Shown piece by piece: positions 1-10,060 of a stretch of 32,957 nt of DNA. The translations under genes and the position numbers were made by a program. Source of the DNA: Chiloscyllium plagiosum (lineage: Eukaryota). The DNA is taken from contig NC_057720.1 in the NCBI RefSeq assembly GCF_004010195.1, positions 15,829,961 through 15,862,917 of the forward strand, in the 5' to 3' direction. The notes under the pieces are model-generated. The model was not told the origin of the DNA. It was given only the letters and a program-made list of their open reading frames with translations, and made no database searches. The stretch's first letter is position 1; each line of letters opens with the position of its first letter.

Positions 1-582
1 GGCAGTAGGGGTGGCGGAAGTCACTGAGCGTGTGGCATCGGCGATGATGTGAGGGGCGGAAGTGGCTGTGGGAGTGGCCATGATGGGGGCGGAAGTGACA
101 TCATCAATCAGCGTGGGGGTGGTAGCTGCATCAGCCGCATGGCTAATGGTGTTTCCGAGGCCAGGGGAATCTTCTGGAATGTTTGAGGAGCGCTGGTTAT
201 GGAGGTGGGTGGATAAAAGTTTGTTGTACTTACAGTTTTTGATGTTTGAGATGGAGTTGAAATACTGTTTGTTGAGAGTATGGATTCTCCTGAGGATGTA
301 GTACAGAGTGGGTCCTTTGCAATTCTGAGAGAGTGTGGCCCTCAGCTGAGGCAGGGCTGACTGTAGAGAGGTTAGGTGCTGGCACATTGCTGCAAGTGTG
401 GAGCGGAGGATCTTGGAGGAGCACCGTTGCTGGTGTTCTTGTATCTGTAGTCTGTACTGTTTGTCCTGTTCGGGTCCGAACTCTGCTGGTTTAAAGGTGG
501 TCCGGAGTCCGTGTGGGATGAGTTGGTTACGGAGGCAGGCACTGAGGAAGCAAATGTGGCTGTGGTAGCGAGTTTGTTTCAA
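1..582 (-). mobile_element. Penelope-like retroelement, N-terminal part of the ORF (stop-free 194-codon frame running off the left edge)
   Basis: Manual minus-strand translation from 582 gives LKQTRYHSHICFLSACLRNQLIPHGLRTTFKP...KYNKLL...VTSAP. The HxxFLxxCxxxxxIPxGL motif is typical of Penelope ORF N-termini. Absent from the ORF track because it has no stop within the window. Confidence 0.78.
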
Positions 583-597
583 TTTCAATGGAGAATT

Positions 598-865
598 TGA
601 GCCAGGCCATTCAGGAGAGACCTTAGGAGGGACTTCTGCACACAAAGAGTGATAAAGTATTGGACCTCCATTCCACAAATGGCAGTTGGTGCTAGATCAG
701 TCTTTCACTTTTAAATTGAGATAGACAATTTTTTGTTAAGCAAAGATATTAAGGGATATGAGCCAAAGGCCACAGATCATATGAGACACAGACCATGCAT
801 GATCTCACTGAATGGCAGAACAGACTCAAGGCGCTGAATGGCCTACTCCTGTTCACTGACTCCCA
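598..865 (+). mobile_element. CR1-clade LINE 3' end
   Basis: Decayed C-terminus (RDFCTQRVIKYWTSIP, like NFFTQRVVxxWNxLP) followed by the 3' UTR tail gaatggcagaacagactcaaggcgctgaatggcctactcctgttc. Confidence 0.75.
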
Positions 866-924
866 ATGTTCTATTAAATAGACATGTCACCTGGAGAATT
901 TGCAAAACCCTCAACTCATTAACT

Positions 925-1075
925 ATTTTAAAGTGGGCATGGATAAATTCTTGATAGTCAAGGAAATCAAAGTTTATCAGGGATAGATGGAAGGGTGAAA
1001 CTGAGAACACCCAACAGATCAGCCACAGTCTTCGTGAATGGTAGAGCAGACTTAATGAACCAAACAGTTGACTAA
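925..1075 (+). mobile_element. CR1-clade LINE 3' tail (old)
   Basis: ttttaaagtgggcatggataaattcttg...agatcagccacagtcttcgtgaatggtagagcagac resembles the other CR1 tails in the window. Confidence 0.55.
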
Positions 1076-1399
1076 TGTGTACATTCATACATATTTATGT
1101 TCATTCAGCTTCAGCAGCATGCTTTGTTATTTCAGTACAATCCATTTTTGCTTCCTGTACATGTCACTTTACACTTGCCTTTAATAAAATTCAAATTTTT
1201 CTATGGTTTTCCTATTTACTTATATTATCCCAGTCATTCTTCAACTCATGGCACACCCCTTCTAATTCCAACGTCCTTCCGAATTTGGAGTCAACTTCAA
1301 ATTTTCTGACTCTGCACACAAAGTCTGTGAACCTTTACACGTTAGAAACAGTCCTGATTCCTGTATCGAGTCCTCAGCAATGATGAATACAGAAGAGAC

Positions 1400-1745
1400 T
1401 TGCAATGGACAACACCTTTCATGACCTCAAAATGTTCCAAGGTGTATTCTGACCAAAGAATACTTTTGAAATGTAGTCAATGTTGAAATGTCAGAAACGC
1501 AGAATCTGGTTGGCATAACAAAATCCCAAAAGCTATAATGTGAACATGATGAGATAATCTGATTTACTAGTCTTGGTTGAGGGATATATATCTTAACCAG
1601 AACATTAAGGACAATAATTATTCCATCAAATGTCACCATGGCATTATTTCTATCCAATTGTCCAAATGGTAGCACATAGTCCCCTGCACTACCTGTTTCA
1701 TTTTCTGCACAAACCAATGAACTCCTAGAATTTGAGTTTGAAATG
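1400..1745 (-). mobile_element. Deu-domain SINE (SacSINE1/AmnSINE-like), degenerate
   Basis: tacttttgaaatgtagtcaatgttg...gataatctgatttactagtcttggttgagggatatat...ccatggcattattt resembles the reverse complement of the Deu core as I recall it. Confidence 0.6.
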
Positions 1746-1804
1746 TGAATTCTATCTTGGAACCATGGGCAACACTACATTGATAATCTCCCATTCCTTA
1801 AGAT

Positions 1805-2052
1805 GTATGCCTTCTCCCCGTGTCTGTGTGCATTTCCTCCAGATGCTCTGGTTTCCTCCCACAGTCCAAAAATGTTGATTGGGTGGTTTGGCTATGTTCA
1901 ATTGCCCATTATGTCCAGAGATGTGTGGATTAGCCATGAGCAGTGCAGGGATAGGGTAGGAGAGTCGGTCTGGGTGGGATGCTCCTTGAAGGATCAGTGT
2001 GGATTCAATGGGCCAAATGGCTTGCTTCCACATCATGGGGATTCTATGATCC
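1805..2052 (+). mobile_element. HE1-type V-SINE, 5'-truncated
   Basis: ttctccccgtgtctgtgtg...ggtttcctcccacagtccaaa V-domain plus CR1-derived tail ending gggattctatgat. Confidence 0.85.
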
Positions 2053-2948
2053 TATAAACATTTTATGCATGAAGTTTATTTGTGGGGGAAAATGGTAATA
2101 GTCTATCATTCCTTTGATTATCGTCTTTGATAGATGGTGGATACATTGTTTTCTGCGGTTGCATGACACGGCAACCATGATTAAGTTTAATTTTTGCTTG
2201 TTACAACAATCTAATTGCTTTCTGCCTAGTGTGGGCACCGTCAAAGAGATGAACAAGACAAGAAGTAACGTGTTTTCGCCAACAATAAGAAGTATGGGAA
2301 CACGAGAGCTGTGAATGAATTTATCACTTGCCATGTGTCAAAGCAGCAAATTGGCTAGATAATTTATTAGCTGATACTATTCTGAAGGATAAATGTTGAA
2401 ATGGAAGGAACTGAAAATATTTGCCAGCTGAAATCTCTGAATATTGATCTTGTGATGTGGAATATTTGAATCCAATTTCTAGAGCTTGTGCAAGTCACTT
2501 TGATCAATGTTTTGGTTGTAGCATCCTTGTCTAAGGTTGTCTGCTCAAGTCTCATTCCAGTGTTTCCAGATTAATGACTTGGATGAGGAAAGTGAACACA
2601 CTAGACTCAAGTTTGCAGATGACTCAAAAATGGTTGGGAAGGTAAGTAGTGAGGATGATACAAAGTCTACAGAAGGATATCAACAGGTTGAGTGAGTGGG
2701 CATATGGAATATAATGTGAGAAAATGTGTGATTATTCACTTTGGAAGGAAGAATAGAGGAGCTGAATAATCTAATTTAAATGGAGAAAGACTGCAGAAAC
2801 CTGCCACACAGAAGGATCTGGGAATCCTCATCCATGAATCACAGAAAGCTGGCTGCCAATTTCAGCGGGTAACAGGGAAGGCAAATGAAATGTTGACCTT
2901 TATTTTGAAAGGGAATGGAATAGAAAAATAGGAAGATATTGCTAAAAC

Positions 2949-3858
2949 TTTGGAAAGCCTAACCAAGGTAGGAATTATACAGTAAATGGTAAGGTCCTGA
3001 GGAGTATTGTGGAACAGAGGGACCTAAGACTACAAGTACATCATTCTTTGAAAGCAGCGTCACAGGTAGACAGATTATTGAAGAAGGTATTTAGCATACT
3101 GGCCTTCATTGGTTAAGGCATTGACTAAAGGAGTTGGGACATTATCTTACAGTTGTATAAGTCATTGGTAAGACCACACTTGGAGTATTGTGTACAGTTT
3201 TGTTCACCCTGTTATAGGAAAGATGTAGTTAAACTGGAAAGAGTGCAAAGAAGATTTATGAAGATGTTGCCAGGTTTAGTAGACCTGAGCTATAGGGAGA
3301 GGTTTTCCAGGATAAGTCTTTATTCCTTGGAATGTAGGAAAATGAGCGGTGACCTTATTGAGCTGTATAAAATTATGAGGGACATAGATAGGATGAATGC
3401 ATGGGAGAATTGAAAACTAGAGGGCATTGGTTTAAGGTGAGAGGGGAAAGATTTAAGAACGACTTGAAGGGCAACTTCTTCACACAGAGAGTGATGGGTA
3501 TGTGAAATGGGCTGCCAGAGAAAGTGGTTGAGACAGGTATAATAGCAACAATTAAAAAGTATTTGGATAGGTACATGGAGGGGAAGGGTTTAGAGGGGTA
3601 TGGACCAAATGTACTTGTATTTCTAGGTCCCTCTGCTTCACAACACCCCGCAGGACCTTACCATTTACTGCATAATTCCTACCTTGGTTAGGCTTTCCAA
3701 AGTTTTAGCAATACCTTCTTATTTTTCTATTCCATTCCCTTTTGAATGATGGGTCAACATTCCATTTGCCTTCCCTGTTACCTGCTGAAATTGGTACCAC
3801 GGTCAGCATGGACTAGTTTGGGAAGCGGAAACTGTTTTCATACTGTATTACGCTATGG
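2949..3858 (+). mobile_element. HER1/CR1 LINE 3' fragment nested in the previous CR1
   Basis: ORF 3153-3413 LYKSLVRPHLEYCVQFCSPCYRKDVVKLERVQRRF is the CR1 C-terminal domain. Tail ggtcagcatggactag...ctgtattacgctatg at 3800-3858. Confidence 0.88.
3609..3794 (-). repeat. Inverted duplication of 2856-3041
   Basis: The reverse complement reads ccaatttcagcaggtaacagggaaggcaaat...gctaaaactttggaaagcctaaccaaggtaggaattat...acaagtacat, colinear with 2856-3041. Confidence 0.92.
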
Positions 3859-5644
3859 CTGTAAACTATACAAAGCACTGGTCAGAGCACAGCTGGTATG
3901 CTGTAAACATAATTTTGGGCCCCTTAACTAAGCAAAAATATACTGACATTGGAAGCTGTCCAGTGGAAGTTTACTTGGCTGGCCCTGGGATATGGAGGGA
4001 CTGTCTTATGAGGCGAGGTTGAGTAGGTTGTGCCTGTGCTCATTGGAGTTTAGAAAAATGAGAGGCAATGTCACTCAAGCATACAAGATTGTTTGGGTTT
4101 GACAAGGTAGATGCAGAGAGATTGTTGTCTCGAGGGCCAGAGGGCAAAATCTCAGAGTAAAAGGGTAGCTAATTAGGATAGAGATGAGGAGAAATTTCCT
4201 TTCTCAGCGGGTCTTGAATCTGTCGAAATCTTTACCACATTGACCTGTCAAAGCTGGTCATTAACTACATTCAAGACTGAGAAAGGCCGATTTGTAACTA
4301 GAAAGGGAATCGAGGTTTGTGGGGAAGAGGCAAAAAAGTGGAATTGAGAATTATCATATCAGCAATGATTTAATTGAATAGCAGAACAGTCTCGATAGGC
4401 TGAATGGCTGTTTCTGCTGCTATCTTATGGTCTTATCGTACTGAGCCACTGCTCTTTCTGAATGCAAGTTCTTTCTTTCATCTTGTGTTATACGAGTGTA
4501 TAAATTATCTTGGTCAGCTGTGGCTGAGATATTCACAGAGCTCTGCATGGACCCTCTGAAACCATCACTGGGAGGTAAGGACAATGGGCTGGATCAATTC
4601 GCTTACTACATTCCCCTTCCTCCTGTGGGGAAATGTCTGGCCTTTGTGTGATTCCCTTGCACAGGAACCACAAGTCAAATCAATCCAAGCACAGTGGGAG
4701 AATGCAATATGTATCATCCACAACATGACAGTCTCTCCTCCTATCCTTCTCTCAAAATGGTAGGCATTGACTGATGTACCGCTCATAAAGTGCATTCGGT
4801 TTAAATCATATTGCATCTGACAGCAGAGCGACGGAGATTTTAAGATACATTTAATGTCTGCTTTCAGTGTAAGAATTTTTTTCCCTCAGTGTGAGGTGAT
4901 TTTTTTTCCCTCAGATCATGGCTTTTGTTGCTTCGCAAAGGGTAGATTTAGGGACAAGCAAGGATTATCACTGTTGTGGAAATCACTACCTACTATGTGG
5001 AAAAGAGATTAAGAGGTTCTTCTGTTCAAATGGATCATGAAACCTTTGTTTTGAGATAACAGGATCCAAAACTATGTCAAGCGATGTGTACTAACTTCTT
5101 CCCTCTCCAAGTCAGCAAACTTTGTCTTGAACCCACTTTGATCCTGTTTCACATTTTATCTAATGTCAGTGTTGCCCAAGACATAAGCCACTGGCTACAC
5201 ACAGTGAACCTTGATGTTGCTAATGGTATTTCTGATAAGGCAGTTGAAATAAATGATGAACACTATTGTTCGACACTTGTTCTCAATGCTTGTATTCATT
5301 CGGCTATTGTACGGTCAACATTTTGTATGTTTGATTTGATTTACTTGTTGGTAAAATGATAAAACAAAAAGCAGATGTTTGATTGGTGTGACTGCTTCAG
5401 CTCCTTGGTTTCAGAATAGTGATAGATGTTTATTAAATGCACATACGCATGTGAAGAACGTTGTGGTATTAATGTATGTTGGTGTTTTCCAATAAAATTA
5501 GCGAATTTGCCTAAAATAATATTGCCGTGTGACACCTGCAATTCGTTACGAGTTACTCTTGTAACTAAAACTTGCCTGCATCCCCATCTGCACGACACTG
5601 TCAGCATATCTTAGCACCTGTTTTCAACTATGCAAAAGAAGTAC

Positions 5645-5838
5645 TGTAACACTCTATAGTGATTGGAACCATAGCCAAGTGGATCTCATCAACTATGAGA
5701 TCCCTAATTGGGGTTGTTAACCTGGGCTGGTATTCAAAAGGTCTCCTCAGGCCAGGGACTGGCTGGCTGGGACTATTGTGCGCATGTTAATAAACGATGA
5801 CTTGGTGACGAGGTACCGGTCTCTGTGAAATTATTTCA
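5645..5838 (+). mobile_element. Short solo LTR-like element
   Basis: TG...CA ends (tgtaac...ttatttca) and an AATAAA near 5788 followed by a U5-like tail gacttggtgacgaggtaccggtctctgtgaaattatttca. No clear TSD. Confidence 0.45.
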
Positions 5839-5959
5839 AACTCCAAAAACTGCTGACAGAACACTGCTGCAAATTATAGCTTCTTGTACACTTCCTCAAT
5901 GACATCAATGGGCTTCAACTCATTAAGATCGAGCCCTCATCAAAAAAAACACAAAGAAC

Positions 5960-6080
5960 CAATGACAGAAATTGTGAGAAAAACTCAGCACCTGTGGAGA
6001 GAAAGCCAAATCAATTTTTCAGGTCACATGACCATTCCTAGGAAAGGTCCTGAAATATTAAGATCTAACCCTTGTTTCAT
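5960..6080. mobile_element. Highly decayed Penelope-terminal-repeat-derived hairpin element
   Basis: gaaaaactcagcacctgtggagagaaagc...tttcaggtcacatgaccattcc...ggaaaggtcctgaaatattaa shows residual fold-back symmetry like the younger copies. Confidence 0.33.
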
Positions 6081-6171
6081 TGATTTGACATTTTCATTTC
6101 CAAATGTTGGAGGTCAATTCGAAGATCATAAATATTAGGAACAGTAGACGTTACCACCTGTCAAGCATTCT

Positions 6172-6889
6172 TACAGAATCATAGAAGCACTGCAGTGTGG
6201 AAGCAGGCCAATTTGGCCCATTGGGTCCACACCAACCCTCTGAAGACCATCCACCCAGACCACCCCACCCTTTCCCTGTAACCCTGCATTTACCATGGCT
6301 AAAGGCTGGTGCTGGAAAAGCACAGCAGGTCAGGCAGCATCTGAGGAGCAGGACAGTCAACATTTCAGGCATAAGCCCTTCATTGGGAATGTGGAGGGGG
6401 AAGGGGGCTGAGAGATAAATAAGAGGGTGGGGGTGGGTTGGGGGAAAGGTAGGTGGCTGCAGATGGGAGGTTATTACAATAGGGTGGTGGGGAGGGTGTA
6501 ACAGATAGGTGGGAAGGAAGTTGGACAGGTCAAAAAGACGGTGCCAAGTTGGAGGATTGGGTCTGGGATGAGGTGAAGGGAGGAGAGATTTGAAAACTGG
6601 TGAAGTCAATGTTGAGTGGTTGAAAGGCCCCAAGGCAGAAGATGAGGCATTCTTCCTCCAATTGGTGGATGGCCTGCAGATCCCTAGACACATTGGGCAA
6701 TTTACAATGGTCAATCCACCCAACCCACGCATCTTGTGGGAGGAAACTGGAGCACCCGGACGAAACCCATGCAGACATGGGGAGAATGTGCAAACTCGTA
6801 GACATAGACAGTTGTCCAAGGGTGGAATTGAACCTGGGTCCCTGACACTGCAAGGTGGCAGAGCCACCCCTGAGCCATTGTGCCATGCC
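6172..6889 (-). mobile_element. HE1-type V-SINE interrupted by a Penelope fragment
   Basis: Tail at 6172-6302, body and head at 6676-6889. On the minus strand: A-box-like tggctcaggggtgg and B-box ggttcaattcc. Confidence 0.88.
6303..6675 (-). mobile_element. Penelope-like element 3' end (GIY-YIG C-terminus plus pseudo-LTR)
   Basis: Minus-strand LEEECLIFCLGAFQPLNIDFTSF (PLE endonuclease end), then a terminal repeat with a decayed hammerhead (ccaatgaagggcttatgcctgaaatgtt). Confidence 0.85.
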
Positions 6890-7149
6890 ACTCTCTGTCA
6901 TTCAAAATAATCATAGCTGATTAGTGGCCTCAGCTCCAATTTCCTGCTTGTTCCCTGATTTGTGTTATTATTGTTGTTTCTGTGGATTCTAGCCTGTATT
7001 GTTTGCTTCGCTTGAATTGTACTGCCATAATGTCTGGGTGTTGGATGTCTGTAAAACACTTGTAACTGCTCTACTCAGTACACTATCCCTACCCTGGGTC
7101 GGCTAAGTGTCTGTCTCTACCTTATATGGATATTTTCTAAATCAACATG

Positions 7150-7240
7150 CTCAGCGATGTTATTTCACACCTCTGGAATGGATGAGACTTGAACCCAAGC
7201 CTCCTACCTCAAAGGTAAGACACTACATTGCACCACAAGC
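7150..7240 (-). mobile_element. tRNA-derived SINE head fragment
   Basis: Minus strand gtggtgcaatgtagtgtcttacctttgaggtaggaggcttgggttcaagtctc has A-box- and B-box-like motifs. Confidence 0.45.
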
Positions 7241-7409
7241 ACCCCAACTCTACCTTACATAAAAGTGACAATTGTATGACTCCCAGGAGTTCCAATAAAC
7301 TTGCTTTTTGCATTCTGATTACATTCTATAGTTTTAGTTGAAGTTCGGCTTGCTCATCTTTAATTCCAAATCCATCTTGCCAATAAAAGTTGGTTCTTCC
7401 CCCCAGTTA

Positions 7410-7745
7410 AGGCAGTACGGTGAATCAGTGGTTAGCACTGGTGACTCACAAACCAGGGAGCCGGATTTGATTCTAACCTCGGGTGACTGGTTGTGTGACA
7501 TTTGCAAGCACTTATTTGAAAGTGTGGGTTTTCTCCAGGTACTCTGGATTCCTCCCACAGTCCAAAGGTGTACAGTTTAGGTGGTTTGGTCATGCTGAAT
7601 TTCCCATAGTGTCCAGGGATGTGCAGGCTAAGTGGATTAACCATGGGAAATGTGGGGCTACAGAAATTGGGTGGAGTGCTCATCGGAGGGTCGGTTCAGA
7701 CTTGATGGGCTGACTGGCCTCTTTCTGCACTGGAAGGATTCTATG
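7410..7745 (+). mobile_element. HE1-type V-SINE
   Basis: ggcagtacggtgaatcagtggttagcact head, V-domain, and tail ending ggattctatg. Confidence 0.85.
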
Positions 7746-8069
7746 AATTATTCTTATTCCAGATCGCTCCTTGTCCTCTTCCATACCCAATCGAAACCTT
7801 ATGATACAATGATCACTGTCAACTTAAGGTTCCCCGATTATCACTTGATCCACTTGGCTCACCTCTTTCCCAAGCAATGTCTCTTTTCTCACTGAACGGG
7901 AAACATCCAGCTACAGAAAATGCTCCTGAAATCATCCCAGGAACTGTTGTCCAACTCCTCCCTTTACACTATCACTGGCACCCATCTTTAAATGACCGCT
8001 GTGCACCCGGACATGCACTGCCTTCCAAGGATGCCTTGCTTGGAATAACCTTTCTGAGGCTGTCCGAGA

Positions 8070-8290
8070 AATGGAAGATGGCACCATGGTTTTCTGACAG
8101 AGATCTGGATTCCCCTGGTGGACAGGGTGGTTCAGTGAGGGGCATGGTCTTCCCAGGAGACCAATGGAGGAAGCGGTGCCACCAGATCCTGGCAGCCTGG
8201 TCTGAGGTTGTTACTCAGGGCAGTGCCCTCTCCAGATTCGGAAGAACACGTTAGCAGTGTTGCAAGATGGACCTTCTCTGCAACCCCAGG
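8070..8290 (+). pseudogene. Decayed Myb/SANT-like (trihelix) DNA-binding gene of a PIF/Harbinger transposon
   Basis: Across frameshifts: MAPWFSDRDLDS/LVDRVVQ/GMVFPGDQWRKRCHQILAAWSEVVTQGSALSRFGRTR*QCCKMDLL. This fits the FSxxxLxxLV...W..V...VS......R...QCxKKxxDL pattern. Confidence 0.6.
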
Positions 8291-8666
8291 ATAAGTGGCA
8301 CAATCTTCTCTATGCCACCTCACTCCATCTCTGCCACGGCACACACCTCCCACCAAGGCTCATGCTCTAACTGTTGCATTTTCCCTGAGTTGCTTTCATT
8401 ACATACTGCCCCACAACCCCGACACCATTAACCCAGCATGCCCTCTGCACAGCCCAAGACCCCTCACCATCTTTCCCCTCACCCACACCAACACCAAAAG
8501 CTCGGCCAGTCACTTCCACCTCCCTCAATCCCTTCCACTCTCCAGTTAGAAGAGGACATCAACCATAAGAGAACAGACAGAGCTACATTGAGAATTCTCC
8601 GTGTCTAGTTTGTTCGCAGTGGATAGTGGAGTAGGAAGCTGCACATTAGTGAGGTGAGATGCTTAT

Positions 8667-8822
8667 GACATTTGTGTGTTTAGGTTTCCCTGGGAAACAC
8701 ATAAATAGAAAGCGGGCCATGCCACCAGTGCTTCATCCGGAGGCTCACTGATGATGTTACCAAGTATGGTGACGAAACGTCTGAAAATGAACCTTTCAGC
8801 TCAGCGAGCAAACTTACATCCA
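8667..8822 (+). mobile_element. Penelope-like terminal repeat (second family) with a short 5' inversion
   Basis: aaacacataaatagaaagcggg...ctgatgatgttacc...gaaacgtctgaaaatgaacc...cttacatcc, flanked by near-identical agatgcttat (8657-8666) and agatgtttat (8822-8831). Confidence 0.72.
8742..8785 (+). ncRNA. Minimal type I hammerhead ribozyme motif
   Basis: CTGATGA (8748-8754), stem II gttacc/ggtgac, GAAAC-GTC (8774-8781), short helix I tca/tga. Confidence 0.7.
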
Positions 8823-9554
8823 GATGTTTATAAAGTCGATACAAGCAATAATCCCCTTTAAATATCAATTTATTGATGCCCAGCTAGAATCCCGTTTTGA
8901 CATCTGGAATTTAGTTAGAAGCTGTGGTGAGTTACTCCTGATGTCGCGATCGGCCTCACCGAGTTTCTCGTGTGAAAGGTAGGGTAAGGATAAACAGGTC
9001 ACTTCAGTTTCACATGGATCTTCATAGTAAGGCAATGGCAGCATCTTCGGTCAGTCAGACCCATATAAATCTTCTTATCCGCCTGGACCATCTTTGCGCA
9101 TTCCAGGGGCCTGTGCTCCTCATGAAGTCAAAACTCACTGTGGCAGTTCGAGAAATTGGATTTAGATTTTTCAGCCTGACTGGAAATGAGATACTGGTAT
9201 TGAGAACATTTCCTGTTGGAGCTGTCATATGCGTCCAAACTGGTTCAATACTGTTCTTCACAAGAAGGAATCTATAAATCTCACCAGATGCAATTCCAGA
9301 CTTCCTGACCACCTTCTACAGATGTCATGGACCAGGCAAGATCCCCTCAAAGCATTTCAAGAAAGGAGCCCAGACCCTAACTTGGCTAGTTGTTTTAAGC
9401 AGGTGTAATGAGGATATTCCAGGAGGGATACAGTTGGTCAAACCATGTAGATTTAAACAAAACAGAATTTATTTACAAGATTACCAAATGAAACACAAAA
9501 AGAGATCAGAACAATTTAATCTATCCGAAGACCCAACAGACTGTATCAATTTAA

Positions 9555-9878
9555 TTAGATTATCTACAGTGTGGAAACAGGCCATTTGGCCCAACAAGTC
9601 CACACTGACCCTCGGAAGAGTAACCCACCCTGGCCCATTACCCTACCCTATATTTACCCTGGACTAATGCACCTAACACTATGGGCAGTTTAGCATGGCC
9701 AATCCACCCTAACCTGCACATCTTTGGATTGTGGGAGGAAACCGGAGCACCCGGAGGAAACCCACGCAAGCACGGGGAGAACGTGCAAACACCCCACAGA
9801 GTCACCCGAGGCTGGACTCAAACTCGGGTCCCTGGCACTGTGAGGCAGCGGTGCTAACCACTGAGCCACCGTGCCACC
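9555..9878 (-). mobile_element. HE1-type V-SINE, full length
   Basis: Minus strand ggtggcacggtggctcagtggttagcaccgctgcctcacagtgccagggacccgagtttgagtcc, followed by V-domain and tail. Confidence 0.92.
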
Positions 9879-10060
9879 TTGGTGCTGTTCCAAATGCTTG
9901 CAACAATCTCGATAAACACCTTTTGGCACAAAAGGTAAAATCAAACACAGGTTCTTACAGGAGAGAAGTTGGAGAGAGGAGGACTAGCTTGGACCTGCTT
10001 CTTTGGTCCAGCAGCCTTTTTCAACATTACTGCAAAAAACCAAATCAAACCAGAGACAAT

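Larger units (their letters stand above)
2575..4435 (+). mobile_element. CR1 LINE 3' half (host copy: 2575-2948 and about 3860-4435), split by a second CR1
   Basis: KFADDSK RT motif near 2609-2629. The sequence breaks at ...gctaaaac (2948), resumes at aaactatacaaagcactggtcagagcacagctgg (about 3863) and ends in a CR1 tail near 4435. Confidence 0.8.
6125..6955 (-). mobile_element. Old CR1 3' tail (6125-6170 and 6890-6955) split by a SINE
   Basis: gatcataaatattaggaacagtag... continues after the SINE as ...cattcaaaataatcatagctgat...gcctcagctcca. Confidence 0.45.

Noticed and set aside
6151..6891. Longest ORF in the track (246 aa, minus strand) as a host gene
   Set aside because: It is a chance read-through of an HE1 SINE and a nested Penelope fragment; such peptides are common false gene predictions in shark genomes.
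9820..9878. tRNA genes at SINE heads (also 7410, 14030, 15385, 21430)
   Set aside because: A/B boxes are present but continue into SINE bodies; no complete cloverleaf.
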